A DNA stretch of 64,000 nucleotides from Octopus vulgaris (GCA_951406725.2 OX597825.1:9858001-9922000), one strand, 5' to 3'. Counted from the first letter of the stretch, positions 13,759 through 27,755 are shown. Translations and numbers: made by a program. The notes: generated from the letters alone by a model not told the origin.

Positions 13759-14113
13759 TCCTCATCTCTCAAATATAGAACTGCAATGTTATAGATGATG
13801 ATACTTATGCACGTACACTCTACGTGTATCTACTCTGTAGTATTTGGTGGGGACCATGCAGTGCATGGGTGACCCTGATCGGGAGGTGTGGGCCTTCCTG
13901 CTAGGGTGGGTAGACTTCTGCTGGTCTACTGCCTAGGTGTCCCGAGTCAGCTAGTTTGATGCTGGCCTGGCTTAGTTAGGCTTCATTAGGTGTCGTGTTG
14001 CGTTGGTTCCCAGTGGGACTGTAGCGGATACTGGGTTCGACTCATCACAAGGGACAGGTGAACAGATTAACGGAGGGAAAGGGTAAATGAGAAAAAGAAG
14101 GAAGAGTTTTCAT

Positions 14114-14150
<37 letters not shown>

Positions 14151-14284
14151 AGGTATATGTGTGCGTGTAAGCACATGTGTGTGTGTGAGTAAAAGAGAAA
14201 GAGAGAAACAAATGTATAAAATCATTAAAAACTATATATACAAAAAGACAGACAAGACACAATACATAGAGACCGTTAAGTAAA

Positions 14285-14611
14285 GGAGAGAGAGACAGAG
14301 AGACAGACAGAGAGAGAGAGAGAAAGAGACAGAGAGACAGACAGAGAGAGACAGAGACAGAGAGACAGAGACAGAGAAAGACACAGAGATAAAGAGAGAC
14401 AGAGAGAGAGAGAGACAGAGAGAGACACATACATAGATAAAGAGAAAGACACACAGAAAGACACAGAGAGAGAGACACAGAGATAGAGAGAGAGACACAG
14501 AGAGAGACAGAGAGAGAGAGAACACAGAGAGAGACAGACAGACAGACAGAGAGATAGAGACAGAGAAAGACACAGAGAGAGAGAGACAGAGAGAGAGAGA
14601 CAGACAGAGAC

Positions 14612-14648
<37 letters not shown>

Positions 14649-15180
14649 CAGAGATAAAGAGAGACACAGAAAGACACACAGAGAGAGAGACACAGAGAGA
14701 GAAACACAGAGAGAGACAGACAGACAGAGAGAAGTGGAGAGGTTTGCAAAAGAGAAGAAAACCAATTTGACTCTGAAACAAAAGAGATGGAAAGTGAAAT
14801 GTAAACTTGTCCGCATCTGGCAAATGGGAAGACGAATGCCATAAGAGAAAGAGTTGGGGACTGATGCAGCCCTAAATGTCTACTTACTTCTTGAGAGGAC
14901 TGTGATCATCTCGCAAAGTGTTTGGGTGTTCGGCATCCACAGCAAAGGGTCTGATGACACCCCAACCGAGTGACCTTGTTTTGCTGACCCCGTCTGAATC
15001 TTTTAATTGGCCAACAAGCTCTGCAACAAGTACAACACTGGGCGCTTTCAAAGTGGTGTGCATGTAGACCACCTGAAGGGAGACAGCAGCAGAAGAAGAG
15101 AGAACAAGAGATATAAACCTGGAGAAATAAAATCAGGCTGAGAAGACAAATACATGGTTGTTGGTTTGTTTCATCCAGAC

Positions 15181-15213
<33 letters not shown>

Positions 15214-15550
15214 GACACAGAGAGAGACAGAGAGAGACAGACAGAGAGACAGAGACAAACAGACAGACAGACAGAGACACAGAGAGAGACAGAGAGACAG
15301 ACAGACAGAGAGACAGAGACAAACAGACAGACAGACAGACAGAGACACAGAGAGAGACAGAGAGAAAGAGAGACAGAGAGAGAGACAGAGAGAGACAGAC
15401 AGACAGACAAACAGAGAGACAGAGAGAGACAGAGAGACAGAGAGAAAGAGAGACAGAGAGAGAGACAGAGACAAACAGACAGAGACAGAGAGAGAGAGAG
15501 AGAGACAGAAAGAGAGAGACACATATAGAGAGAGACACACAGAGAGACAG
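14285..15550. repeat. (GA/GACA)n tracts on both sides of NPHP4 exon 3
   Basis: 14285-14730 and 15177-15550. Confidence 0.95.
14888..15072 (-). CDS. NPHP4: NPHP4 coding exon 3 (185 nt)
   Basis: cccttcAG acceptor, AA|GTAAGT donor; VVYMHTTLKAPSVVLVAELVGQLKDSDGVSKTRSLGWGVIRPF matches LYFHTSL...VVEVV...SCGFGILRIF. Confidence 0.92.
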
Positions 15551-15952
15551 AGTGGTGTGCATGTAGACCACCTGAAGGGAGACAACAGAAGAGAAAACAA
15601 GAGATAAAACCTGGAGAAATAAAATGAGGCTGAGAAGACAAACACGTGATTGTTGGTTTGTTTCATCCGATTCCTAGCGACGTTAGAAGGACCAGCATTT
15701 CAGAAAGGATGAAAATCCTATCACTCTCATCCAGCACAGAAATTTCGTGTTATCCATTTCCTTATTCCCACCTTGATCAGAGGAAATGAGCTTATTTTGG
15801 TATACCTAGTTCCTTTCTCATGCATTCTACCCACCCACCCACTACACACAATGAACAACAGGCAACACAATACCAACATGATTGCATTGAAGGGCACAGA
15901 AAGTAAATTTAAACCCTTATAGCCACAGGAGTGGCTGTGTGGTAAGTAGCTT

Positions 15953-16366
15953 TTCTATCACAAGGGATGGGCTGTCAAGGGATTCTTGGACAGTCTTCTC
16001 CACCGACAAAGTTACGACTCAGTCTGCATTGACTGTCCAAGTTGGTCATGGTAACCTTTGGAAAAGAAGAATTTGCTTTTCTCTTTCCGGGCTCTGACCT
16101 GCCGATGCAGGCTTTCCTGCAGGTGGCAGGGAACTTATGCGGGGCTCAGATGAGAAAGAGGAAGATTAAGAAAAATTTTGTAACTTTTGTGATTTTTTTT
16201 AGTAAAATTGAATAAAAGAACAGTGATTTCGATGGGTTTATCGGTCGGTGGATGCCGGTGCCCCTCCCATTTGTGTTCATCATTATCATCCTCATCTCAT
16301 TAATGTCTTTGTCCAGCCCGCAGCTACATATCTGTATACGGCTTTCATGGCCAATTTGATGAATAA
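15953..16366 (+). mobile_element. LINE-like 3' fragment nested in a SINE
   Basis: 9-bp TSD AAGTAGCTT (15944-15952, 16367-16375); ends in AATAAA; host SINE resumes after it. Confidence 0.6.
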
Positions 16367-16777
16367 AAGTAGCTTGCTTACAAACCACATGGTTCTGGGT
16401 TCAGTCCTACTGCGGGGCACTTTGGGCAAGTGTCTTCCACTATAGCCTCGGGCCGACCGAAGCCTTGTGAGTGGATTTGACAGATGGAAACTGAAAGAAG
16501 CCTGTTGTATATATATATGTATGTATGTATGTGTGTGTATATGTTTGTGTGTCTGTGTTTGTCACCCCAACATCGTTTGACAACCGAGATGCTGGTGTGA
16601 TTATGTCCCCATAACTTAGCAGTTTGGCAAAAGTGAGCAACAGAATAAGTACTAGGCTTACAAAGAATAAGTCCTGGGGTCGATTTGCTCGACTAAAAGG
16701 CAGTGCTCCAGCATGGCCGCAGTCAAATGGCTGAAACAAGTAAAAAAGAGTAAAAGAGTATGTGATAGGTGATTCAC

Positions 16778-16921
16778 CTCATTGAATTGAAGAGTTGTAC
16801 TTTTTCCTCTGCCAGTGGAACCGGTGACGCTTGGACTCTGCCACTGGCAACCAAAGTAACAATGGTAAACAGCATCATAAAGACTGACGTACAATTGGTA
16901 GACTTCTTTGGATTGGGAAAC
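16778..16921 (-). CDS. NPHP4: NPHP4 coding exon 2 (144 nt)
   Basis: ttttccAG acceptor, GAG|GTGAAT donor; VSQSKEVYQLYVSLYDAVYHCYFGCQWQSPSVTGSTGRGKSTTLQFNE matches the NPHP4 segment LRVSFFD..YRHFFGRTW...FNE. Confidence 0.9.
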
Positions 16922-16999
16922 CTGGAAAAGAAAAGGGGAAAAGGTTCAATAGTGGGAAATGATAGGTCGTTGTTCTTGATACAAGTGTTTAGGGGGTTT

Positions 17000-17470
17000 T
17001 AGGAAGGAAGGAAGAAAGAAAGAAACAAACAAACAAACAAAGAAGGAAGGAAAAAAGAAAGAAAGAATAAAAGGAAGGAAGGAAGAACGAACGAAAGAAA
17101 GAACAAATGAAAGAAAGAAAGAAAGAAAGAAAGAAGGAAAGGAAGGGAGGAAGGAAGAGGGATAGAGAAAGGAATAAAGGAAGAGTGAAAGGAAAGAAGG
17201 AAGGAAGGAAGGAAGAAAGAAAGGAAGGAAGAATGAAAGGAAAGAAGGAAGGAAGAAAGAAAGAAAGGAAGGAAGAATGAAAGGAAAGAAGGAAGGAAGG
17301 AAGGAAGGAAGAAAGAACAAATGAAAGAAAGAAAGAAAGAAAGAAAAAAGGAAGGAAGAAAGAAGGAAAGGAGAGAAGGAAAGAAGGAAGGAAAGAAAGA
17401 AAAAAAGAAAGAAAGAAAGAAGGAAAGGAGAGAATGAAGGAGAGAAAGAAAGAAAGAAAAGAAAGAAAAA
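17000..17470. repeat. (GAAA/GGAA)n purine tract
   Basis: Tetranucleotide low complexity. Confidence 0.95.
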
Positions 17471-17572
17471 ATTGGCCACCAGAATCAACAAAATGGGGGC
17501 GGAGTTTCTTAATGGAGCATTTTACAGCTTGTTGATTGATCTTCAGAAACTCAATACATGGGAACTGTATGA

Positions 17573-17611
<39 letters not shown>

Positions 17612-18329
17612 TGTCATTTTCAGGTGACCCTGTTAAAAGTCTACCTCAGGAAAACCACGTCTTTGCTTACATTGTCCTGGTAAGCAAAATCCTGCAGTTT
17701 TCAGAATTGAAAAAAACCCTTATCTGGGATAAGGCTAGAAAATAAGGCTAGAAAATCTGCTTCATCAAAGTTTTGCCTGATCTGTGCCAACAGGAAAAAT
17801 TGGATGTATAAGCTTGTGTGTGTGTGTGTGTGTGCACATATGTGTGAGTGTACATGTATGCGTGTGTACATATGCGTGTGTACATATATGTGTATGTATG
17901 TGCACGTGTGTGTGTGTGTGCACACATGTATGTATATCATGTGTGTATGTGCATATGTATGTGTGCATGCACATACATGTGTGTGTGTGTGTGTGTATGT
18001 GTTGTTATGTTTGTGTTTGTCCCCGCATCACCGCTTGGCAACCGGTGTTGGTGTGTTTATGTCCCCGTAAGTTACCAGTTCAGCAAAAAAGACCGATAGA
18101 ATAAGTACTAAGCTTTAAAAAAAATAATAAATCCTGGGGTCGATTTGTTTGACGAAAACCCTTTGATGTGATGCTCCAGCCTGGCCGTAGTCAAATGACT
18201 GAAACAAGTAAAAAAAAAACTAAAAGAATTTTAAAATATCAAAAAAAAAGGGTGGGGATCAATTGGATAATGTAGTGTTTGATGTTCTTGGAAGTCTCGA
18301 ACACAGCCAACACTGACTACCATCTACCA

Positions 18330-19055
18330 CCCACATACCACCACCACCACCACCATCAGTATACTGCCATCAATGGTCCCATTAACCATGCACCAATGCC
18401 ACCACCACCCAAATAACAACAACAACAACAAGCATCATTCTCTTCATCAACAACACCATCACCACCACCACAACAACACCACCACCACCATCACCACCAC
18501 CACCACCACCACAACACCACCACCACCACCACCACCACCACCACCCATCACCATCACCACAACAAGCATCATTCCCTTCACAAACAACACCACCATCACC
18601 ACCACCACAACACCACCACCACAACAACACCACCATCACCACCACCACAACACCACCACACACAACAACAACACCACCACCACCACCACCACACCACCAC
18701 CACCACCACCACCACCACAACAACAACACCACCACCACCACCACCACCACAACACCACCACCACAACAAGCATCATTCTCTTCACCAACAACACCTCCAC
18801 CACCATTACCACCACCACCACATCACCACCACCACCACCACCACCACACCACCACCACCACATCACCACTACCACCACCACCACCACCACCACCATCATT
18901 CCCTTCACCAACAACACCACCATCACCACCACCACCCATCACCATCACAACAACAAGCATCATTCTCTTCAACAACACCTCCACCACCACCACAAGAAGC
19001 ATCATTCTCTTCACCTCCACCACCACCACCTCCACCACCACCACCACCACCATTA
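18330..19055. repeat. (CAC/AAC)n low-complexity tract with interspersed AAGCATCATTCTCTTC units
   Basis: Degenerate trinucleotide repeat with a recurring spacer. Confidence 0.95.
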
Positions 19056-19309
19056 CCCTAACCTGCATTTACCACTCAAAGCACCAAACGGCAGCTCGTT
19101 AATTATTCTCCATTGACAAACCTGTTTCTAAGCTTCTTCTTCTTCTTCTTCTTCTTCCCCACAAAACAATACCAAAAGACAGATTGAGCAATTTTTTGCC
19201 TTTTTGTATCTTTTGTCTTTGCTTGTGTTTCTCTTTCTATCTCAGAGCAAACTGCCATCTGTCAAATAAATGGCGGCTGGTCAGTAAATGGCCACAGGTG
19301 GCGGTGGTG

Positions 19310-19323
19310 GTTGCTATGACAAC
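19310..19323. promoter_or_regulatory. RFX X-box match GTTGCTATGACAAC in NPHP4 intron 1
   Basis: Exact fit to GTHNYY-AT-RRNAAC; host is a ciliary gene; function untested. Confidence 0.35.
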
Positions 19324-21072
19324 TGCAACAACACATTGCATAACAACAGGAAACTGAAATGGGTGGGGGCGAGGTGGGCCGGGGGGGGGAACTGAGTTTA
19401 GGGTTAATGGGTGTGGGTTGAAATAGGAATCATCACAACTTTGTTCCCTTTACTCTTCCTGCCTCCCTCCAACCTTGCCCACCCACCCTCAAAAACAAAA
19501 TAATGATAAAAGAATGAAATAAAATAAAAAAGTATTAAAATCATCATCATCATCAATATCATCATCATCACCACCATCATCGTTTAACATACGTTTTCCT
19601 TGCTGGCATGGGTTGAACGGTTTGACTAGTAAGCTGGGGAGCTGCATCAGGGTTCCAATCTGATTTCACATGGTTTCTATAGCTGGATGCCCTTCCTAAT
19701 GCCAACCACTCCAACGGTGTAGTGGGCTTTTTTAACATGTCACCAGCACTGGTCTCAGTTATGTAACATCAACATCAGCCGCATGGCCTAGTGGTTAGAG
19801 CAGCGGACTTGCGGTCGAGGGATCGCAGGTTCGAATCTCAGACCGGGTGATGTGTGTTTCTGAGTGAAACACCTAAGCTCCACACAGCTCCACAAGGTGG
19901 TGAGCTGGCAGAATCATTAGCACACCAGGTGAAATGCTTAGCGGTATTTCGTCAGCGGCTACGTTCTGAGTTCAAATTCTGCCATGGTCGACTTTGTCCT
20001 TCCTCCTTTCGAGGTTGATAAATCAAGTACCAGTTGAGTACTGGAGTCGATTTAATCGACTATCTCCCTCCCCACAAAATCTAGGCCTTGTGCCTTGAGT
20101 AGAAAACACTAGCATCAGCCACAGCTATGACCTCACTTGGCTTGACAGGTCTTCTCAAGCACTGTATATTCTTTTCTACTCTCGGCACAGGGCCTGAAAT
20201 TTTGGGGGAGGGGGCCAGTCAATTAGATCAACCCCAATACGCAACTGCTACTTAATTTAATGAGCTGGCAGAATCATTAGCACATCGTTAACAAAATCCT
20301 TAGCAGCATTTCGTCTGTCTTTACACTCTGAGTTCCAATTCTGCAAAGTTCAACTTTGCCTTTCATCCTTTTGGGTTCAACTTCACCTTTTATTCTTTAG
20401 GGTTCAACTTTGCTCTCTTCTTTTTAGGTTCAAATTTGTTTTCATCCTTTTGGGGTCAATTTTGCCTTTCATACTTTCGGGTTCAACTTTGCCTCTCATC
20501 CTCTTGGGGTCATCCTTTCAGGGTCAACTTTGTCTTCATCTTTTCAGATTCAACTTTGCCTTTCATCCTTTTAGGGTCAATCCTTTCAGGGTCAACTGAA
20601 TACTAGGGTTGATATAATTAACTATTGACTGCTTGATCAGGTCTCTCAATTCCCTTAAGTTCTTAATTCAACTGGATGTGAAGCAAACAAAAGGGTTACA
20701 CAAAACGCTAATGTTGTTCTAACCAAAAGACGGTACATAAGGCCAGTGCTTTTCTATGGTTTCTGTAAGTGTTTAGCAGATGTAACAGATAAATTCACCT
20801 CAGGACAGATCAATGGTCCATTTTAACCAAGCTTCTCGGTAAGAACTGGACTCAACACTCTAAGACAATGAATCAAAGAGTAATTTAATAATAAATTAAA
20901 CCACCTCATGGTGCCTAATTACAACTATGTTCACAGGACCATTATCAAGTGTCATAATCACGGATAGATATCTTCCAGATTAATAACGAGATTAGAGTCT
21001 TTCATTTAATCATCCAATGTGCTATAAGTTCAAATACCAGTTAATCCACAGCTAAACAACACATGATGATGT

Positions 21073-21301
21073 TTAACCCTTTCGTTACTGTATTTATTTT
21101 GAGATGATCTGTGTTTCTTTCAATTACTTTAAATATAACAAAGAATTTAGTAAAATAACTTAGTTATCATTAAGCTAGTGTTAGGAACATAAATTGTGAC
21201 TAAAGTTTGGTGAAAGATTTTGATCCAAAACTTATGAAAACAAGACATTTGTACTACAGAGCAAGAGGCGGTTTCAGTCGGGTTGGTAATGAAAGGATTA
21301 A
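21073..21301. mobile_element. piggyBac-like MITE
   Basis: TTAACCCTTTCG...GAAAGGATTAA, same family. Confidence 0.8.
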
Positions 21302-22508
21302 AACCCACCCTTTCTCTCTCTTATTATTACTCCCACTGCCACCATCAACACTACTATTTTTAATAAAAACATCATCAACTCTCCCTAAATTTCTCTTTCT
21401 CTCCCTCTCTTTTTCCTTCTCTCTCCCTTTCTATCTTCACCACTGCCCTCACCATCTCTATGCCTACTATTACTCTCACCCCAACATGAGCAATAGTAGG
21501 AGTGTCAATAAATAGTGAGAGAGGGGGGGAGGTCAAAATGTGACACACTGACACACGGAAATTAGTTTTCGCATTTGTTATATTAGATGACACAGTTTCT
21601 GGTCGTCTATATGCCATCTGTCTTAATCATCTTCCTGGGTCATCTGGTTGTGACAGTCTGTCTGGCAAGATGTGAGATGTGAATGACTCGGCTGCTCTCA
21701 ACATTTTACAAGGAGTCAGGGCACCAAAAGCAACTTCTTCTAGGGCACAATGAAAAGATTCTAGAAGCTTGAATCATGTGATAGCTAAATAGATTGATTA
21801 CATGAAGTTAATGTGGCTCGGTCATGATGGATGACTGGTCACCTAGGTTGTTCAATTTTGAATCACCATGACACATCCATTTGTTTATGATGTCAAAGGT
21901 TTAATATGTCAGCAATGAGCTAGCAGAAATGTTAGCACGCCGGGGGAAATGCTTAGCAGTATTTCATCTGTCTTTACATCCTGAGTTCAAATTCCGCCGA
22001 GGTCGACTTTGCCTTTCATCTTTTCGGGGTCAATAAACTAAGTACCAGTTGTGTACTGGAGTCGATCTAATCAACTGGCCCCACCTCCCTCAAAATTTCG
22101 GACCTTGTGCCTAGAGTAAAAAAGAATATTTGATATAACAAAAAGGTGGCGAGCTGGCAGAGATGTTAGCACGCTGGGCAAAATGCTTAGCAGTATTTCA
22201 ACCATTGCTACATTCTGAGTTCAAATTCCACTGAGGTCGACAAAGAGAAAAATATAGAGAAAAATAGAAAGGGAGAGGGGGAGAAAGAGAGAGAAAGAGA
22301 TAAATAAAGAGAGAAACAGAAACAAAGAGAAAAATATAGAGAAGAGAAAGAGAGAGACAAAGAGAGAAAAGAAACAAAGAGAGAAAATATAGAGAGGAAG
22401 AGAAAAAGAGAGAAAGTGAGAAAGAAGGCAAAAAAGAGAGAGAAAAAAGAAAGTGAAGGAAAGAGAAAGAGTGAGGATGAAAAGAGGGAAAGAGACAGAA
22501 AGAAAGAC

Positions 22509-22552
<44 letters not shown>

Positions 22553-23104
22553 ACCAGCTCAAGAACATAACTGGTATTTCCTTTATCGATTCTCAAAGGA
22601 TGAAAGGTAAAGGTGACCCCAGAAGGATTTGAACCCAGAACAATGAGAACCTGAACAAATAACACAAATATTCAATACTCCAGTGAGTTTGGCAATTGGC
22701 CAAAATATTTGAACGATTAACCTCATTTTTTCCCATTCCCTAGGTTTATCCTTTATCAAAACAATACAAACAGTAATAAAGATAATAGAATCCAATCGTG
22801 TCTGGGCCAGCGTTACCTTCCGGACCTCGAAAAGTTGAGAAGTTGCAGCAAAACCATATTTATATAGGAAAAAAAAAAAGCTTCTCCTCTATAGTAAAAT
22901 TTTGTTGTATACCCAATTGAATATTAGCCATTTTCTATAGCGATGTTTGATCAAAAATTTTAATAATTTTATATTTTGTTGAATTCACCTGTATTTACCT
23001 GTATCTATCTACCTGCAATTAGAGTCACTTTGTGACAAAAATTATAGTATAGAATTGGTTGAGAACATTTCATTAAATTATCTTCCAAAAATCACATTAA
23101 TATA

Positions 23105-23398
23105 TCTTTATATATAAAAGTGAAGTTGTGTGTCTGTCTCCTACGATTTAGATTCCTAACTACTCCCACATTTTGCGGTGCAGTTTAACCAAAGGTATCT
23201 TGTAGTCGTGATTCATATCGAGCCCTTCTGGGTATTAGCGCGCGTCTACGATGAGTCAACGATTAAAAAAAAAATTTACCATAATTTTTTTCCATTTTTA
23301 ATGCATTTTTTGCTATTATATGAGGGAAGTAACTCTCTAAAAATGCTTATATAGTTATTTCCCTTACAAACCCGACCAACGCCGGGCGATACTGCTAG
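23105..23398 (+). mobile_element. Non-autonomous Helitron, second copy
   Basis: Same TC...hairpin...CTAG structure with an internal deletion relative to the 13112 copy. Confidence 0.85.
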
Positions 23399-23564
23399 TT
23401 GATAAATAAAAAAGTTATAGTTGTTTAATGAAACCAGACTAAATTTATGATTATGTTAGAAATTAATTGAAACACACAAGGGGTGTATTTTGGTCAGAAA
23501 TATAGTAAGGAAAGGGTTAAAAAAAGGTTTTCAACCAATGGAAGAAGAAAAGACAGTCACATAC

Positions 23565-23762
23565 CTTTAACTTCTTACTATCATCGTGACCACGGTAACC
23601 TCCACTCCTACCACCACCACCACCACCACTTTGATGCAAGCCTTCACAAACCGAGAAACGAATCCGAAACGGACAGCTATAGCTACGGTGGAGAGGTTTT
23701 GCTTTCTTCGTCAACCGTTCGTGATGTGGTGCCAACCTCCTTTCATAATTCGGTAACACCAT
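23565..23762 (-). CDS. NPHP4: NPHP4 candidate alternative first coding exon 1B
   Basis: ATG with an in-frame TAA two codons upstream; 66 codons MVLPNYERRLAPHHERLTKKAKPLHRSYSCPFRIRFSVCEGLHQSGGGGGG...KKLK; alignable to exon 1A; phase-0 donor AAG|GTATGT compatible with exon 2. Confidence 0.65.
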
Positions 23763-23963
23763 CGTTTAAGGAGATAAACAACAGGTGTTCTGACTTGACT
23801 GCCCAATCAAGAGAGTCTCTTCTAACGATTTTCTTTACATTCACAACAACAACAACAACAACAGCAGCAAAGGTAATTATATCAGTATTTCACCTTCACC
23901 TGCCACCACTGACAGTCCATGGTCAATTAAAACATGGATTTGCTTTTTACTGTCAGTAAAGAC

Positions 23964-23996
<33 letters not shown>

Positions 23997-24242
23997 ACAC
24001 ACACACACAGACATACACACACACACACACACAGAGACTCACACCCACACACACACACTGAGTTTTCCTATCTTAAAGCAGAAAGCTTGGTCGAGTGAAA
24101 CTTGAGCATTCCAACAAAGTTATGAATGATGAGGATAGCTTCTACAATCCAGGAACTCTCTCTCTCTCTCTCCCTCCCTCTCTCTCCCTCCCTCTCTCTC
24201 ATTTGCTTCATTCATTTTTACATCCGGTTTTCCATTAGGCCT

Positions 24243-24284
<42 letters not shown>

Positions 24285-24409
24285 CGTACATATATATATA
24301 TATATATTTGACTGGGCCTGATGAAGCCTTCTGGCTTCACAGACCCCAGCAGAACGTCCAACCCATGCTAGCATGGAAAACGGACGCTAAATGATGATGA
24401 TGATGATGA

Positions 24410-24450
<41 letters not shown>

Positions 24451-24454
24451 CATA

Positions 24455-24509
<55 letters not shown>

Positions 24510-25333
24510 TATATATATATATCACGTGATCACGTGACCGACCAGTCCATCAGATGTAGTTACACATCGCTGGTCACAATGCGTTCGCATTGTTTTAGCC
24601 TTCGAATGACGCCATATATATATATATACACACATATATATACACACATATATATACATATATGCATAGATATATATGTATATTTATGCATATCATCATT
24701 ATTATCATCATCATTTAACATCCATATATATATATATGTACATGTATATATATACATAATACATATATATGTGCATACACACACACACATATATATAATT
24801 TGTATATTTGTGTGTGAATACATACGTATGAAAGCATATTTGCATGAGAGAGAGGGAGGGAGAAAGAGAGAGAGGGGGGAGGGAGAGAGATGGGGAGAGA
24901 AAGAGAGAGAGAGGGAGGGAGGGAGACAGATTTGCCTGACTCCTTTGTTTCTCCTTCTCAATACTTCTAGAAACCAAACAATGCATAGATTCATATTCAT
25001 ATATTACAGGTGTGGATGGGTGTGGATGTGGGTGTTTTTACATCTAGTCTACATATTTATATAAGTGTGTGTAGAGAGATGCACATGCACACACACACAT
25101 TGTATGCAAAAGTGTGTGTGTGTGTGTGTGCGTGTGTACATATATATATATGTATATGTATCTGTATTTTTTCAACATTTACAAATAACATGGAAAAAAT
25201 AAATAGTTACCAGGGTAGCAAAAATTCACATAAGTACCAAGTATATAACAGCCTACTTATAAAGGTAGAAATTCCAGGTTTTGGTCAGAAGTATAAAGAT
25301 TTGAATAACACCTGCGTTTATATATCTATATAT

Positions 25334-26578
25334 CAGGTCATCTTATAAGTTCTGTCCAATTTTACCTTTTTTTTATAAATTGAATGAAATTTAATAGCAT
25401 TTTAGAATGTCTAATGGAATTTTAAATTATTTTTATGCATGTGTACATTTAAACTAATTAAATATCATTTTACAGAATAATAGAATTAAAATTTTTTGAT
25501 TAAAACCCTTTCCAACATGGAAGTATCCAAAGAGCATTTGAGGTACATAATGCTTTATGAGTACAAAAAAGGAAACTCTGCAGCCGAAGCGACTCGAAAC
25601 ATACACTCAGTTTATGGGAAAGAATGCTTGAATGAAAGAACTTGCAGAAGATGGTTTGCAAAATTCAGAAGTGGAGATTTCAGCCTTGAAGATGAAGATT
25701 GAACAGGACGTCCAGTTGAGTTTGATGATAAGCTCCTTGAGGCATTACTTGAAGAAAATCCTGCATTATCAGTTGAAGAATTAGCAATAAAGCTTACTTC
25801 AAACCATACAACTTGGAAACTTTCCTAAACTTGGAAAATAGGTGCCTCATGAATTGTCCAAAAGCAACCACAAATCCCGAGTTGTCATCTGCTCTTCTCT
25901 CCATTCTCGCAAACTCATTTCACCCTTTTTGGATAGACTTGTGACTGGTGACGAAAAATGGATCTTCTATTGAAATGTTAAACGTTGTAAACAGAGCCTT
26001 GGAAAAAAGGGAAAAAGCTCAACTACAACCAAGAAGGGAACTTTATGGGAAAAAGGTTCTTCTCTCTATCTGGTGGGATTGCAAAGGAGTAATTCACTTT
26101 GAATTGTTACCACCTAATACAACAACCAATGCTCAAGTCTACTCTCAGCAATTAGAGTGTTTGAAGCAAGCTTTGAAGAAAAAAAGACCTGCTTTAGGGA
26201 ATCAGAAAGAAGTGATGTTTCACCAGGACAATGCAAAGGTCACATCACAGAAGATTGAAAAGCTTGGTTGGGAAAAAATTCCTCATCTACCTTATTCTCC
26301 CGACCTTGCTCCTTCAGACTACCATTTGTTTCGTAGTTTACAGAATCATTTGGGTGACATAACTTTCACAAGCCAGGAGGAGGTCGAAACTGACATTTCA
26401 GAGTTCTTCACTTTGAAACCAAAAGAGTTTTACATTGATGGGGTTAAAAAGTTTGTAAATAGATGGAAGGAAGTCATAGATAATCAGGGAAAGGACATTG
26501 ATGATTAAATTCCAGTTAAATATAACATTTGATTACTTGTTTTCTTTATTCAAAATTCGGACAGAACTTATGGGATGA

Positions 26579-26582
<4 letters not shown>
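25334..26582 (+). mobile_element. Mariner (DD34D-type) transposon, near full length
   Basis: ~28-bp TIRs (AGGTCATCTTATAAGTTCTGTCC / GGACAGAACTTATGGGATGACCT), inserted in TA repeats, transposase remnant inside. Confidence 0.92.
25517..26508 (+). pseudogene. Mariner transposase pseudogene
   Basis: HTH (RWFAKFRSGDFSLED), *VPHEL, VTGDEKW, FHQDNA and YSPDLAPSDYHLF motifs; several stops, frameshifts and deletions. Confidence 0.92.
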
Positions 26583-26629
<47 letters not shown>

Positions 26630-27250
26630 CCAGCTGCAGAGAATCTATCTCGACAAATTCATTCCGACCCATACAGAAAGCGATCGTTAAAATGATGGTG
26701 ATGATGATAATAATAATAATACTATATGTATGTGTGTATATCTTTTCCCCGCCTTTTACGTGTTCCAGTTATTGGACAACGGTCATGCAGGGGCACCACC
26801 TTGATGGGTTTTATTCGAACAAATATATATATATATATGCCACTCCGTCAGTTACGATGATGAGGGTTCCAGATGATCTGATCAACGGAACAGCCTGCTT
26901 GCGAAATTAACATGCAAGTGGCTGAGCACTCCACAGACACATATACCCTTAACATAGTTCTCAGGGAGATTCAGCGTGACATGGTGTGTGACAAGTGGGC
27001 CCTTTGAAATACAGGTACAACAGAAATAGGAAGAAAGAGGGAGAGAAAGTTGTGGTGAAAGAGTACAGCAGGGTTCGCCACCACCCACTGCCGAAGCCTC
27101 GTGGAGCTTTAGGTGTTTTCTCTCAATAAATACTCACAACAATGCTGGGTCTGGGAATCAAAACCGCGATCCCATGACCGTGAGTCTGCTGCCCTAACCA
27201 TTGAGCCATTGCACCTCCACATACATATGTATATATATATATATATATAT

Positions 27251-27719
27251 AAATTAAATTAGAGACAAAACCACTATTATGCAAATCAAACAATGAAATT
27301 AATTTATATTATTTAGATATGTAACAAATATTAAAAAATATAATTAATATCCACTACGATCTTCAAATTGTTAATTTTTTATATTGTATAAGCCTTAGGA
27401 GTAATAATATTCTCCTTATGTAAATATTGTTGTTTATGTAATGATCTAATTATCGTAATTTTCTATGTTATTAGATATTAAATAATTTAGATAAACTTTG
27501 ATAAAATTAGATATGTTTCTACTAAAGATGGTCTAGGCCATGTCTAATTTATTAGCATAATTTATATTAGATAATTATTCCCATTCATAATTATGTTTAT
27601 AGTACTTATAGTATTTATTTAATACTATATTACTAAGAATGAAATATTTCTATAAGTATTTTACATAAGATTTCGAAAGTCAGTTTACCTCTATTATGTA
27701 TTGTAGTATGATTATGGAC

Positions 27720-27755
<36 letters not shown>

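Noticed and set aside
14110-15666. Long SL/ER-repeat ORFs
   Set aside because: (GA)n microsatellite translation; only 14888-15072 is a real exon
23483-23959. 158-aa plus-strand ORF
   Set aside because: Antisense shadow of candidate NPHP4 exon 1B, begins inside a MITE end, no recognisable domain
24318-24340. CUGAUGA-AGCC-UUCU-GGCU hairpin
   Set aside because: No GAAA or stem III follows
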